Shown here: one piece after another, positions 24,972 to 38,664 of the stretch
Numbering within the stretch: position 1 is the stretch's first letter
Layout of the letters: each line of letters starts with the position of its first letter
Assembly (NCBI GenBank): GCA_030324005.1
Contig: JARDVH010000042.1
Span: forward strand, 103,126,955-103,190,954
Length of the DNA: 64,000 nucleotides
Direction: 5' to 3'
DNA from: Negaprion brevirostris
Taxonomy: Eukaryota
Notes under the pieces: generated by a model
What the model saw: the letters and a program-made list of their open reading frames with translations, nothing else
The model's database searches: none
What the model was told of the DNA's origin: nothing
Program-made: the position numbers and the translations under genes

Positions 24972-25130
24972 ACGCACACACACACACACATACATACACA
25001 CTCACACATTCTCACACAAAACTAATANNNNNNNNNNNNNNNNNNNNNNNNNNNNNNNNNNNNNNNNNNNNNNNNTTCACAACGCACACACACACACACA
25101 CATACATACACACTCACACATTCTCACACA
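24972..25130. repeat. (CA)n-rich microsatellite duplicated across an N gap
   Basis: cgcacacacacacacacatacatacacactcacac occurs on both sides of the gap. Confidence 0.8.
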
Positions 25131-25139
25131 AAACTAATA

Positions 25140-25810
25140 GCATATTGGTCTTTGTTGCAAGTGGATTGGAGTATAGGAAGAATGAAGTATTGTAAGGATT
25201 GTATATGGCATTGGTGAGACCAAATCTGAAGCACTGTATGCAGTTTTGGTTTCCATACTTAAGGAAAGATTTAATTGCATTGGAGGCGGCACAGTGATTA
25301 GTCCCTGAAATGAGATGATTACCCTATGTTCAGTAAGTTTTCCCCATACTCTTCAGAGTTGAGAAGAAGGAGAGGTGATTTAATTAAAATCCTGGAAGTT
25401 TCTGAAGGGGTTTGACAGGTGGTCTGGAATGCGCTGCCTGGGAGGGTGGTAGAGGTAGTTGTCTCATAACCTTTAAAAAAACTACCCGGATGAATACTTG
25501 GCATGTCATAACATTCAAGACTATGGGCCAAGTGCTGGTAAATGGGACTAGGTGGAAGGTCAAGTGCTTCACATGTATCAGTGAAGACTCAATGGGCTGA
25601 AGAGCTCTTCAAATCAAATTCTACACTGTATGATTCTATGAAAAACTGAGGCTATTTCTTTAGCACTATCTCAAGAAAAGAGGTTGATCATTTGGAATCG
25701 AGGTGAGGAGGTATTTATTAACTCTCAATGTATCATGAATCCTTAAATTCTCTACCCCAAGCAGATATGGATGTTCCACTTCTGAGTATATTTAAGACGA
25801 GTATAGTGAT
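25140..25810 (+). mobile_element. CR1 LINE 3' fragments
   Basis: gcattggtgagaccaaatctgaagcactgtatgcagttttgg and gagaagaaggagaggtgatttaat CR1 motifs; tgattctatg tail at about 25630. Confidence 0.75.
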
Positions 25811-26560
25811 TCTCAGGAATCACTATGCTAGTCTTTATAGGAATCCGCTTCGGAATTTTATTCTGCAGGTGGATAGCAGCGTGGATCTGAAACAGATCCG
25901 AAGATGGTAAAATGGGATTTGGTGGTAGAGTTGGGCGCGCGGTTCATTAAGCCGATTTAAATACACGCCAATGCATTTAATTCATCAGGCCGCCCAATTG
26001 GAGCACAGACCGGACCGGATCCATGCCCAAATCAGGTGTTAGTAAAGGTGCAATCTGCTTGGTTTCAGGTGCCGATCGCGTTACAGGCCCGATGCCCGAA
26101 CTTACTGCAATTTCACACCTGAAAAACGGTGTGAATTTTGAGTAAAATCGGGCCCATTGTCTCCTTTCTCTTGGTGGCATTCCTTGCACTTGTCTACATT
26201 CCTGATGCATTCAGTTTCCCCCTCCTGTTCCTCACATCCAATTGCCTCAATTTCTGAGGGTGCAGCACGCATTCCCATTTCCACCCTTCCTTGCTTTCAG
26301 GACTGTGCCTAATGCTCCGATGCCCATGCATTGCCAGAAGGATGATGACCTCTGTAACTGAGAAAGTTTTTAATTCTGCCCGTTCCCTGACCTGCAGTGG
26401 AACTTTAACTACAAAGAGGCAAGACATTTCAACTTTAAAAAAACAATTTTACTTAGCTTTGAAACTCTTCCCATCTCCGTTCTTGCCTCCACATGACTGG
26501 CCTGATTCTAGGCAGCTGCTGAAGTCTGGAAAATGAGCATGAGCTGATCAGCTTTAAAGA
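25810..26560 (-). mobile_element. Harbinger-type MITE plus Myb/SANT-like remnant
   Basis: CpG-rich block 25810-26155 ending taaaatcgggccc; minus-strand region 26160-26400 resembles a Harbinger Myb-like ORF (inferred). Confidence 0.4.
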
Positions 26561-27506
26561 AGGCTGCTCTGCAGTGATGATATATTGAGGGCAGCCTTAA
26601 CAAGGTAAGTGTGGGACTTGTGCCCCTCAGGACAGCTGCCAGCTAATCTGATTGGCTGACAGGCCTAGAGCACCAGACCTCAGTGGTAGCTGTTGCTGGG
26701 ACTATAAGGAGTCTCCAAGAAAATGCTAATTAGGCACCCTAAAGGAGAAGCAGAGAGGATGAGATGATGGTTTTTGAAAATCAAGGGTTTTTGTGTCACA
26801 AAGGGTGAGGGGGGCAGCATCTTGGAAGAAGTGGCCTGGACGCAGGGCTGGCGGGCTGGCTGATGCCTCACTGGGTAAGGGTGAAAGCTTGGAGGTGAAT
26901 GGAAAGGCCATGTGCTAGCCACCCATATTGTTTGACATATCTTACCAGCCAAAAGCTGGTAGCTGTGTATGTGGGGAAGTGTGGGTAAAGGGGATGATAT
27001 AAAATTCCTACTGATATCTGGTGATGAGGATGGAATGGAATGATCTGGACTAGATAGGATATAATGGATTGTTCAAACATTTTCCACTCTTGACATGTTA
27101 GCTCTCATAGTGTGCTTTTGACATAGAGAAAGAGAAAATCAATCAGAAGCAACAAGCTGGAGATATTTTAAGGCATTGATTAAAACTCCTGTTTAGACAT
27201 AGAAAATGATGTGTGTCACCTCTGCACATCTCCAAGGCACAAATCATCACTCAATAGGAGCTTTACAATCAGGTAAACACTTGCCATTCATATTAGTGAT
27301 GGTCTCTGAGTAATAGAATTGTTCACATTCATGGGGGTTTTCTTACATTACCATAACAGTTAAAAATAAATCACAAATATAATGAGATATTGCAGATGGA
27401 CAGAATACACCGGTGGATGATGATGCAGTGAACCCCTTAGAGATAAACAAAATGTCCTCCTCATTGAAGTTTTTTCACTGTCTGAAATGTTGCAACCTAT
27501 TTTCAG

Positions 27507-27648
27507 GAACAATGGGCTGACGGTGGAAATTGGCGATAGCAGAATCATTTCTAGTGTAGTCCTAGAAGCTGAAGATAAAGACACTCCAAGGCAGCATGTT
27601 TATTATGAGGTGGACAGAGCCCCTAAACAGGGAGTGCTCCAGCTCAAG
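27507..27648 (+). CDS. FREM1: FREM1 coding exon 8
   Basis: ttttcag|G and AAG|gtaagt; NNGLTVEIGDSRIISSVVLEAEDKDTPRQHVYYEVDRAPKQGVLQLK; 142 nt, phase 2 to 0. Confidence 0.93.
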
Positions 27649-28887
27649 GTAAGTGGCTAATTTCACATTGTGCCTGGGTTGTTCCACACCCAATGGTGAC
27701 AGGCATGTTCGGTGGTGAGATTTGAGAATCTTATAGGAAGCCTGAGTCATGTTGCCGGATGATGTAAATCCAGCACGCGATTGCCCCCTGCTCCCATTGA
27801 TGGCATTTCACTATCAAACATCGGGAACTTAATTTTAATAAAATTAGCATTTCCTTATTGTGGTGACACGCTGGAAACATCTCCCCACATCAGATTTAAA
27901 CATTGGCGTGTCTTCAGAATGGCATCATTTACAGTTGCCTTTAAAAGTTGTGCATCTGGTGACCTGAACTTCAAGGTGAAGTTGGAGGTGAGTGTACATA
28001 AAGTAGCACAGCGCTCCTGAGGATCCCTTTAGGAATTCAAGGAAGTGGTGCTGCAGATTCAGAGGCAGACACAGGCAAGTGAATGGGACAATGGACACTA
28101 TCCAGGGAGGAGTTGGTGTTTGTGAGACAATGAGTGGTGCTGTCCCTTGAGCTGGCAGTGAGTGAGCTCCCTGTGGAATGTGATGGATTTGTGTGTGTGA
28201 GAAGGGTGATGAGAAGTGATGAGAAGGGTGACTTACCTTGATGGAACAGAGGAGATCTTTCATCAGCATGGTAACATAGTGGTTAGCACTGCTGCCTCTC
28301 AGTGCAGTTGGAGACTATAGCATGCACTGAAACATGTGTTATGTTTGGGTGTTGCTTTGTGATAGTCTGCACTGTAAACATGTCATGTTGCCCGTATAGT
28401 GACAGTGTATACTGTATTGCAACAGACTTCTCTGAGAAATGTACCATGTTGGCAATATAGTATGTTACAGCCTACACTGAGAATTGTCAATTTGGCATCT
28501 GTGGCTGGTTAGAACTGTTTCAGTGAACTTCTATAATATGTTTGTTTATCATTGTTCACATTTCTTTTCATGTATTTTTAAAATGAAATTGATGTGATTA
28601 TGAATACAGTCAGCAATACAATATTGCTTAATATTTAAGCAGTGAAATGAAGGCCACACAATACTTGTCTCAACATTCAGAGACAATGCTATTTTATTCC
28701 TATTCTAGACATAATTTACATTGAAATGGTTATTATGTTAGAGTGTTTTAGTGATCAGTATTGGAAATCTGAACTTCTGCGTGACCCTGATATTTTTGCT
28801 CTGTGCTAGTGTCTTATCCTCTGAGTTCCTGTTCTATAATGGAAAGGTTTTCTCCTCCATATTCATGACATGCTTTGTTTCAATCAG

Positions 28888-29083
28888 GAAGGCAGGGACT
28901 GGCTGCCCCTGCACCCTGGCATGAACTGCAGTCAGGATGACATTGATATGAACCGACTGAGATATGTGCACACAGGCGCAATTGGATCAAAGGGTCAAGA
29001 CAGTTTTCATTTCCACTTATCAGACGGTGATAACAGATCTTCACTGCATCGCTTCCAAATCTCCATTCAGAACATTGAAAAGG
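28888..29083 (+). CDS. FREM1: FREM1 coding exon 9
   Basis: caatcag|GAA and G|gtacag; EGRDWLPLHPGMNCSQDDIDMNRLRYVHTG...DSFHFHLSDGDNRS; 196 nt, phase 0 to 1. Confidence 0.93.
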
Positions 29084-29264
29084 GTACAGTATTAACAGTA
29101 ACCACAAAGATAATATACAGCTCAAAGAAACAAAGAACAGATAACTTCAAAATACATAAACAATACTGTAATTAACATCAATACCTTGTTATTTTGTAAA
29201 ATAAATGAAGTAGGGTATGCAATGAATGCACAGAGCTTATAGAAATTATGGCTATGTATTGCCT

Positions 29265-29595
29265 GGGGTTGTACAGTGGTGAGCACTGCTGCCCCACAGC
29301 ACCAGGGACCTGGTTTCAATTCCAGCCTTGAGTCATGTCTGTGTGGAACTTGCACGTTCTCCTTTTGTCTGAGTGGGTTTGCTGTGGGTGATTGAGTTTT
29401 CTCCCACAGTCCAAAGATGTGTGGGTTAGGTCGATTGGCCATGCTAAATTGCCCCTTAGTGTCGGGGGATTAGCAGGGTAAATACATGAGGTTACTGGGA
29501 TAGGGCCTGCGTGGGATTGTTGTTGGTGCAGGGTTGATGGACTGAATGGCTGCCTACTGCACTGTAGGGATTTTAGGATTCTGTGATTTTATGTG
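29265..29595 (+). mobile_element. V-SINE/HE1-like SINE
   Basis: acagtggttgagcactgctgcc...ctcccacagtccaaagatgtgtgggttagg...tgcactgtagggatt. Confidence 0.8.
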
Positions 29596-29930
29596 ATCAC
29601 GAAGACTAAGTAGCCACTTTCCCAGCTTCCCTGGCCTATCTTTGTGCATATCACCACCTAGCCATTTTAGATGGGAATTGGACCTAGCCATTGAAATTTT
29701 GATGCATGGAAGGATATGGGATATCTTAATAGACAAACATTTACTACTTTTTTGAAACACATAGCCATGTATGTGTTTAGGTTCTGAACAGCCATGGTTG
29801 TTATTAAAATTCACTATTCAATATGTTGCATCTTAATGTATTGTCCAAATTAACTTGCTCTTGTCTTAGGGCATGAATTTTTTTCCCAAGATGAACATAT
29901 AATAGGATTCTAATGAGCTTATCGTTACAG

Positions 29931-30295
29931 ATGGTGGCATTGTGGTATTATTGTTGGACTAGGATGCATATGCCCAGGCTAATCCTCTGGGGGCATGGGT
30001 TCAAATCCTACAGAGCATTGTATGAAATTTAAATTCAACTCCTTAAATTTGGAAGTATTCAGACTGGTCTCAGTAATGGTAACCACAAAACTACCACCAA
30101 TTGTTATACAGATCCATTTGGTTCGCTAATGTCCTTTAGAGAAAGAAATCTTCTCCTCACCCTGGTCTGGCCTAGCCAAATGCAGCTCCATACCTACAGC
30201 AATATGGTGGACTTTTAACTGTCCTCTGGACTATTCAGTTCAAGGGCAATTATGGATGAGCAACAAATGCTATTTTTGCCAGTAACACCCACAGA
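29931..30295 (+). mobile_element. tRNA-derived SINE with LINE-like tail
   Basis: A-box-like tggcattgtggta, B-box-like gggttcaaatcc, tail caagggcaattatggatgagcaacaaatgct shared with LINE 3' ends. Confidence 0.7.
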
Positions 30296-31847
30296 TTAAA
30301 GAGAACTGAAAACTATTGGGACAACATGATAATATAAACTTCTGAAATTATACAATTTCGTAATGCTTATTTTAAGCAAAATATCTGATTTCTTAATTTG
30401 CAAGTTCAAATTATAATTTAGATTTGGGAATGTGCTTTTGAAAAGAATGGAAATACATGGAATTCTTGAGGGATCAGATTTCCAACTTAGACATCTATAT
30501 TTTTTTTGTTGAAAACTTCATTTCTTATGAATTTGTAACAAAAGACACTGGTGTACCTCACATTCAGTTTCCTTTTTCTCTTTTCCCAGTTGGTTATTTT
30601 TTTTTCTGCTTTCTGATTACTTACTTTGTATATCAGTCATTTGCAAATCCTGTCAAAGAAATCCTGTTCCTGTCATCCAAAAAATTTACAATGTTAAAGA
30701 AACAAAACTCAGAAGAGCAGCTACTCCACTCTTACTCAGAGTCAAACTGAAATTAACGTTTTTGATAGTGAGACTGAGAAGACTTCCTGTGGCAGGTGGC
30801 ACATGAGGCAGACAAGCACTCACTTGCTTCTGCTATCCACTGCTACAGATTGATTGATACTATTCTGCATCAAGCTTGGATGTTCGTACCATCAGCCGTA
30901 GAAAAGTTGGAAAGATCTGCAGGTTGAAAATCAATATATATGCACATGTTATGGACCAGAGCCCAAGTCCTGGGCCAGAATTTCTTGCTCCTAAAAATCC
31001 CAGATAATTGATGAAAGATGCAAAGCTTAAAACTAATCCTCTTATTGCAGAGAATGGGGTCATTGTCTGTGATTGTCTATTGCTTCTAGCAAGCATAAAT
31101 GAGTCTTGTTAAAGGTTTGACAGATTCACTTAAATTGGTTGTTAGTGTAGCTATTAGCACACTCAGGATTGTTCAAGTACTGCCCAATTTTGAATCACAT
31201 CTAACAGTTGACATTTTGAGTTAGGTTTTGTAAGCGTGGGCTGGTTGAATCTGATCTGTACTCAGCCTACAAGCAAAGGATGTTCAAGCCTTGCACCTTT
31301 ATATACTCACCAGGGAGTTTGGGAAGCCTATAGGTTCTCCATCACAATGCTGAGACCAATCACAGTAAACTTGCTAACCAATCAGCACCCCTAACTCCTG
31401 TAGTATAAATTTTTGTGAAGGTTTGAAATTTGGCAATCTTGCATTTGTCCTGATGAGTCCAAGAATCTTTTCAGTAAAATATCCTATTCCTTTAGATTAT
31501 ATTTTTCTAAGGATTTATTAAAATGGTAAATTTACTTTTAAGGGTATTTCTCATAAACAAGGTAATAAATGATTTAACGAATGCACAAAGATAACACAGA
31601 GAAACCTAATGCAAATACAGTTGAAAGCTATTTCTTTTTCTCAAATCTTTTTATAAGGGTATATTTATTTTCTTGTACTTCCTACTTATTGATATTAATC
31701 TTTCTTTGCTGGTCTTTAGCCTTAAGCTACTACACCTTCAGCCCTTTCATGAGTTAACTGCTGTAAATGTGACTGTTCAGCTTTTCCAATTTTGATGTAC
31801 TTGCTCATCTGAACGTTTTTAATACAATCTTACTCGTATGTGTCCAG

Positions 31848-32112
31848 GTGAAATTGCCATTTTAATAAAACCACTCACCATCATCAAGGGAGACAGGGGC
31901 ACTTTGACAACGGCTGTCCTTCTTGCCTCTGATGGCACAAACAAACCTGAGGAGCTGCTTTATGTCATAACAGTGCCACCAACATACGGACAAATGGAAT
32001 ATATCAATTACCCTGGAGTGGTGATAACCAGTTTTAGCCAGATGGATGTGGCGGCTCAGACAGTTTCTTATACTCACAAAAGCAAGGCAGCAGCTACAAG
32101 AGATTCACTGAG
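31848..32112 (+). CDS. FREM1: FREM1 coding exon 10
   Basis: gtccag|GT and AG|gtaaga; [42 protein letters not shown]...[16 protein letters not shown]...DSL; 265 nt, phase 1 to 2. Confidence 0.94.
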
Positions 32113-32282
32113 GTAAGAATGTGTTTTTAAATGAAGATTTTAAAACCATATTAATAAATAACAGAATCCATTAAATCAAACTATTGTTTGTCTCATGATC
32201 ACACTTTCTGTATGCATTATTGATTATTTCTTTGTTAAGAACTTGGGGATATTAATATTCTTTTAATCATAAAGTAAAATTA

Positions 32283-32576
32283 AAATTTAATTATTAGCCA
32301 CAAGTAGGCTTACATTGACACTGTAATGAAGTTACTGTGGAAATCCTCCAGTCGCCACATTCTGGTGTCTGTCTGGGTATACAGACAGAATTTAGCATGT
32401 TCAGTGCACCTAACCAGCACTTCTTTTCGACTGTGAGAGGAAACCAGAGCATCTGGAGGAAACCCATGTGGACACGGGTAGAACATGCAGGCTCTGTAGA
32501 GACAGTGACCAAAGCCGAGATTCGAACCCGGGACCCTGGCGCTGTGAGACAGCAGTGCTAACCACTGAACTGCCCT
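32283..32576 (-). mobile_element. V-SINE/HE1-like SINE (alternative tail)
   Basis: Reverse complement of the family at 42598-42890; B box gggttcgaatc intact. Confidence 0.8.
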
Positions 32577-32879
32577 ATAGTTCGCAATACATGTATTGGC
32601 TAAAAATTTGTGCAGCTGATGTGTTGATATATTTATGAATCCCAAAAGGATACACTCTGATTGAGATGTGCCTCTGCAAGAATGCAATTTTTCGTCCATC
32701 AGAATTAATTGCTGTAACATTGACTGGCAGATGTAGAAGCAGCACGTCTAGCCTCTCTGTGAATATATAGTGCCTGTGTGAACAGCATTACGTAACTGGA
32801 CTGATTATGACCAGTGGTGGATTTATAGTCAGTGAGGTCCTGTGCTCAGCTTCACTTTCTGTCTTCCTGCCCAGCCCAG

Positions 32880-33120
32880 GACCCGAACGCTGTAGCCCTC
32901 TCCTTGCACACACACTCTGTTTCCGCCACCCTCATGCACACTATATCGTCCCCCACCCCTCTCTCACACTCTCTTTCCACCACCCCTCCCACACAATATA
33001 TCTTCCACCATCCCTCACGCACACTCTGTTTCCCCCACCCTTCCACACAGTATATCTTCCCCCACCTCTTGCACGCATTCTCTCTCACCTCATCCAACCT
33101 CACACTCATTCTCTCCACTT
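32880..33120. repeat. C/A/T-rich degenerate tandem repeat
   Basis: cacacartatatcttccmcca...cacactctgtttcc units recur at roughly 45-50 bp spacing. Confidence 0.55.
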
Positions 33121-33542
33121 TGTCACCACCGATACTGCAGTAAGAAATTTTGAGGTGCAGGAGCTCTAAGCAAATGTGTTGGCCGTATAATCTTACAATC
33201 TTCTATTATGTTGTTTTCCTATGTTTGACCTCCCAAATGTTAGTAAAACAATGCTTCAATGCTTCCTTAAGTGAAAAATAATAATGCCAGTGGGTGTTTT
33301 ATTTCAAACCGTGAATCATTGCATTATTAGTCTTTAGCACAGCTAGAAATTCATTATGTAACAGTTCAGTTATGTAATTCAACTTGCTAAAAACATGATG
33401 TGCAGAACTTTACATACAAAATATGGAATAAATAACTTTTGGGTAAACAGAGATAAGATAGCGATCAACCATAATGGCAAAACAAGCTCAAGGGGCCTAC
33501 TCTTGTTTGTTTGTATTTGGATATCAATGGTTGTGCTGCAGG

Positions 33543-36470
33543 GGGCCTGGAAATTTAAGTGGAGGGGTTGGGGGGAATAAATGGGATTTGCGACCAGTCG
33601 GTGGAGATCTCCCTGATCCGTTTTTTATAGCATAATCAGCCTCGTGCTAGGAACGGCACAATTACACAAGGCAAATACTCATTTTCATCTTTTTAGCAAG
33701 CCCAGGACTTGTCTAAGCTCGCTAAAGTTTCTGCCCTTGTGGTTGGAATTTACACCAGTGGGCATCACATGTGGTCCCCATCAATGGGAACCAGGTGATG
33801 GTCTTGCTGGTGGGACCAGAGGTCTTTGAGGCCCTGTGAGATGTTGGGGTTAGAGGTGTGCCATGTGGGCAGTGCTAGCCTGGCAGGGCCCAGTGCACAC
33901 TCTGTCACTGGCAGCACTGCAAAGGTGATGGTGCCAGAGGGGATAGGGCCAGATGGGATGGTGCCAAGCCAGGGTAGGCAGTAGGGTGGCAGGAATGGGG
34001 AGAACTCTGCAATGGAGGGGTGGGGGCTGCTTCCAAGACTGGCTATCGGTGAGGAGAGTGAATCGGTGGGTGGAATTGGAGGCCGCCCGTGGGGGATTGT
34101 GGAGAGTGTCCATCAGTAAGTCAGGGGCCAGTCATCGGGATACCGGGACTGGCCGTTGGGAGGCTAGAGTTGGCCACTGGGGGGGCTGAGGGCATTGGGG
34201 CCAGCAATCGGGAGGCTGGCAATGTCAGGGCTGGGAAGTGCTTGTCAACCATTCTCCCAGTGTATTGGGAGATTGGTGCATGTGCACCAGCCCCCTCTGC
34301 AGCCTGATGCCAGCCTCTCTGGCATGATTAGGCCCCACCCCACCACTACTGACACAAATCCGTTGACGAACCCTGTAGAGCACAAAGTTCCATAAATTTA
34401 ATTCCATTAAGCTCACCCAAAAAATGGTGGGAAAAACGCATTCCCGCATAGTAAAAAGATAAGACAACATTGTTGACTCACTCTCTCTCTCTCTCTCTCC
34501 CCGTCGCTCCCCCTCCTTCCTGCTCCCTTTTCCGCACCCTTACATATAGAAGATGAATGTTGGTTTGGAGCCAGGAACTTTGTTTTTTGGGGAGAATTAC
34601 CTCCAACAATTTTACTCTATAAATTATTTCCATCAAGAAGCACGTCCCTAGCTCCATTTCTGAAATCTTTGTTTATCCATGAAAATTGAACCCATTCTTA
34701 CAGTAGGTACCAAGATAGCTAGTACAATAATTTTCTAACCAAATGATATGAAGACGATTGATATGAATTGATGGGTTGTTAGGACATGGAAAGTTCCTAC
34801 CAAGAATAGAAGGAGGGTTTTTACAGCCTTGCTCATCCCAAAACCAAAAAATCCCACCCGAGGTCAATGGACATTTTCATTGTCTGCCCCTCATCTGCTC
34901 TGATTCAGCGGTGGGGGGAGGTGAAGTTCCAGCCAGGATGTTTCATTCATATCTGAGCCACATATTAAGCCACAGGGTCTGCCTCCTGTAATGCAGGATC
35001 GTGCCTGGACTGGCCCTCGTGCTGCCTGTGACCTTCTGTTTGTCTCAGTGCCAGGCAGTAACAATAAGACAAGTTGGTCTGGATCCAAACCAACGATCAT
35101 CTTCTATCCATAAGGGCGTGGAAAAGGCAACGGCAGGGAATGGGTGAGAGAGACAGACAGTCAGCAATGTTGTCTTATCTTTTTAACTGCAGTGTCCTCC
35201 CTCATCCCTGTGTGGTGCAGCAGCTGGAGGCTGATCAACCCTGTGTGTTCCCCCTCATCTTTATAGCAGTTGCTGTGCACACTAGCGAGCTTGAATGCCG
35301 AAGCCGATCCCCCATATTCCCTCATCCTGTTTCAAGCCTCGTGTCTCTATTGTTCCTCCTTTTATAACATTAATGGAATGTTTCATGATCTGGTGGAAGG
35401 GGGTGGGACACTTGGTTGCCCCATGCCTGTTCTCTTCATGACCCACCCCTGCCTATGTTTGCCTGTAGCCCTGACCCTTGACCTGGTGTCGCCCCTGGGG
35501 CATTGCCTCTCCTCAAAGCTGAGGGACAGGTCCAAGAGGATGAGTGATGGGATGAATGAGAAGGGGCATATCTTGGTTTCACAGGCAAGGAAGATGCCTG
35601 CTGAAACCTCTTGGCTTCACATCACTCCACCTTATCTGAGGCAGTTTGACCGCCTGGAGGTGGCACTCAACTGTATGACCTGGAAATTAATGTTCCATTT
35701 GTTGTACTCTGTTCCTTCAGTGCCCCCACCACTCCACCCCGGTCCAAAAATATCTGCTCCTTCCAGGAACTAGAGAAGACACTACACCTGATAAGAGATG
35801 TGAATCTAAGGTGGAAGCTGGGCTGCAGTGAGTGATACAGTCACTTCCTTAAATGTGAGTGCTGATCGAAAGCTTGCCCAAAATCCAACAAGGTTCCTGT
35901 AGTATTAATTTTAGCCAGTGGGATACAGAGGAGACTAGAGGGAGCAGCTACAAGGGAGAGGTGAAGAGCAGCGTCCTTCAGGGAGTATCCCCTGGCTGCC
36001 TCAGCGATGTGTTTTTTTATGTGAAATGGGCACCCTGGCAGCACATTGTTCACCTGCCGTTGGGCACCTTATCCTGTGTGTTACAACTTTTCCAAATTCT
36101 TTCCCTCATCTGGTGTGGGACTGTCAGTGAGGGGATTTCCATGAGTTGCTCCAACTGCCTGCTCTAATGTAAGCTTTCTAGGGGGAGAGGCCCTTGCTGT
36201 GTGTTGGGCTGAGTTTAGTGCTTCTCTGTGAGGCCAATACATGGTCAAGAGAAGGCCAGATTGTGGGTGGATAATTGGTACAAGTATACAGGGGTGCTGA
36301 TGGCCTTGATGCAGAGATTTATCTTGAGTTTTGAGCTGAGAGAAGACGCACAGAGAAGTGTACAGTTCCTGAAACTAACATGGATAGGGTTATCTACCAC
36401 ACCTCAGAAACTGAATGAAAGCGTTCTTACCAAAGCTTCCCCGTCCTGGGATGGGGGAAGAATTTTCCCA
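33543..36470. mobile_element. Decayed Harbinger-like and non-autonomous DNA transposon remnants (several pieces)
   Basis: GC-rich blocks bounded by gggc..gaaattt / aattttccc-like ends; aaaatcccacccgaggtc motif shared with the MITE at 48382. Confidence 0.35.
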
Positions 36471-36479
36471 CTACTCACG

Positions 36480-37430
36480 TCAGGCTGACTGGCCTACAAT
36501 TCCTTGTTTTCTCTCTTCCTCCCTTTTTAAATAGTGGGGTTACATTAATATACTCCAATCTGTAGGAACTGCTCTGGAGTCTATAGAATCTTGGAAGCTG
36601 ACCACCAATACATCCACTATTTCTAGGCCACTTCCTCGAATACTTTGGAATGTAGATTATCTGGCCCTGAGGATTTATCGACCTTCGATCCCAACTGTTT
36701 CCCCGATACCATTTCTCTACTAATACTGATTTCCTTCAGTTCCTCCCACTCACTAAATCCTATGTTCCCAAACATTTTTGGTACGTTATTTGTGTCCTCC
36801 TTTCTGAAGACTAAACCAAAGTGTGTAGTCAGTTGGTCAGCCAATTCTCTGTTCTCCATTATAAAATTCCCTGTTTCTAACTGTGAAGGACCTACATTTA
36901 TTTTCACTAATCTTTTTCTCTTCACATACTGATAGAAACTTTTACAGTCAATTTTATAAGTTGCCCACAAGCATAATTTCGTATTCTATTCCTTCTTAAT
37001 CCTTTTTTCCTCCTTTGCTGAATCCTAAACCATTCCCAATTCTGAGGAAAGTTGTTTTTCCTGGCCAATTTGTATGTTTCTTCCTTGGATCTGATACTAC
37101 TCCTAATTGCTCTTATAAGCCATAGTTTAGCCACCTTTCCCATTTATTTTTGTGCGAAACAGGAATAAACAATTGTTGCAGTTCACCCATTTGCTTTTTG
37201 AGTGTTTTCCGTTGCCTACTCACTGTCATCCCTTTACGTCAAGTTCCTCAGTCCATCATCAACTCGCACTCCATACTATTGTAGGTTCCTTTATTAAGAC
37301 TCAGGGCCCTAGTCTCAGAGTCAACTGCGTCACCCTCCATTTTGATAAAAATTCTATCATATTGTGGTCGCTCATCCCCAAGGGATGATCACAACTAGAT
37401 TGTTAATTATTCCTTTCTCAATACACAAGT
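36480..37430 (-). mobile_element. CR1 LINE ORF2 fragment
   Basis: KSFYQYVKRKRLVKINVGP...SKVDKSSGPDNLHSKVFEEVA (36623-36970, -). Confidence 0.88.
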
Positions 37431-38660
37431 ATTCACAGCAATCTTCAGCCAGAAATGCTGTGTGGATGATCCATCTCGGCCTCCTCCAGTTGCCCCCTGC
37501 ATTTCAGATGCCAGTCTCCAGCCAATTCAATTCACTCCACGTGATATCAAGAAATGGTAGGAGGCACTGGATATTGCAAAGGCAATAGGTCCTGATAACA
37601 TTCCAGCAATCATACTGAAGATTTGTGTGCCAGAACTTGCTGCTCCCCGAGTCAAGCTCTTCCAATACAGTTACAACACTGGCATCTACCCATCAATGTG
37701 GAAAATTACCCAGATATGTCCTGTACATAAAAAGCAGGACAAATCCAACCCAGTTAATTAATGCCCAATCAGTCTACTCTCCATCATAAATAAGATGATG
37801 TAAGGGGCTACCAACAGTGCTATTAAGCAGCACTAGCTCAGCAATAACCTGCTCAGTGACATCTAGTTTGAGTTTCGCCAGGGTCACTCAGCTCCTGACC
37901 CCATTACAGCCTTGGTTCAAACATGGACAAAAGAGCTGAATTCCAGAGGTGAGGNNNNNNNNNNNNNNNNNNNNNNNNNNNNNNNNNNNNNNNNNNNNNN
38001 NNNNNNNNNNNNNNNNNNNNNNNNNNNNNNNNNNNNNNNNNNNNNNNNNNNNNNCTAAAACAGCAGGTCAGAGACTAGGAATACTGCGATGAGTACTCAT
38101 CACCTGACTCTGCAGAGCTTATCCACCATATACAAGGCAAAGTCAGGAGTGTGATGGAAGACTCCCCACTTGCCTGGTGGGTGCAGCTCCAACAATACAG
38201 AAGAAGCTTGACACCATCCAGGACAAAGCAGCCTGCTTGATTGGCACCACTTCTACTAACATTCAATCCCTCCACCACCGACGCTTAATAGCAGCATTGT
38301 GTAGTATCTACAAGATGCACTGCAGCAATTCATCGAAGATCTTTAGACAGCATCTTCCAAACCCACAACCACTTCCATCTAGAAGGACAAGGGCAGCAGA
38401 TAAATGGAAACACCACTACCTGCAAGTTCCCTTCCAAGCCACTCACCATCCTGATTTGGAAATATATTGCCGTTCCTTCACAGTCACTGGATCAAAAACC
38501 TGGAATTCCCTCCCTACTGGCATTGTGGGTTAACCCACAGAACATGAACTGCAGCAATTCAAGAAGGCAACTCACCACCACCTTCTCAAGAACAACTAGG
38601 GATGGGCAATAAATGCTGGCCAGCTAGTGACGCTCATGTCCCACAAATGAATAAAAAATA
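37430..38660 (+). mobile_element. CR1/L2-clade LINE, RT and 3' end
   Basis: GPDNIPAIILK...PSMWKITQICPVHKKQDKSNP motif; IYKAKVRSVME...LDTIQDKAACLI; 3' tail gggcaataaatgctggcc...aatgaataaaaaa. Confidence 0.85.
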
Positions 38661-38664
38661 ATAC

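Noticed and set aside
24966-25139. Exact direct duplication of about 62 bp
   Set aside because: The copies flank an N gap at a microsatellite; most likely an unmerged contig overlap.
35270-35773. 167-aa ORF as a nested gene
   Set aside because: Non-ATG start, no recognisable domain, and it lies in decayed DNA-transposon-like sequence.
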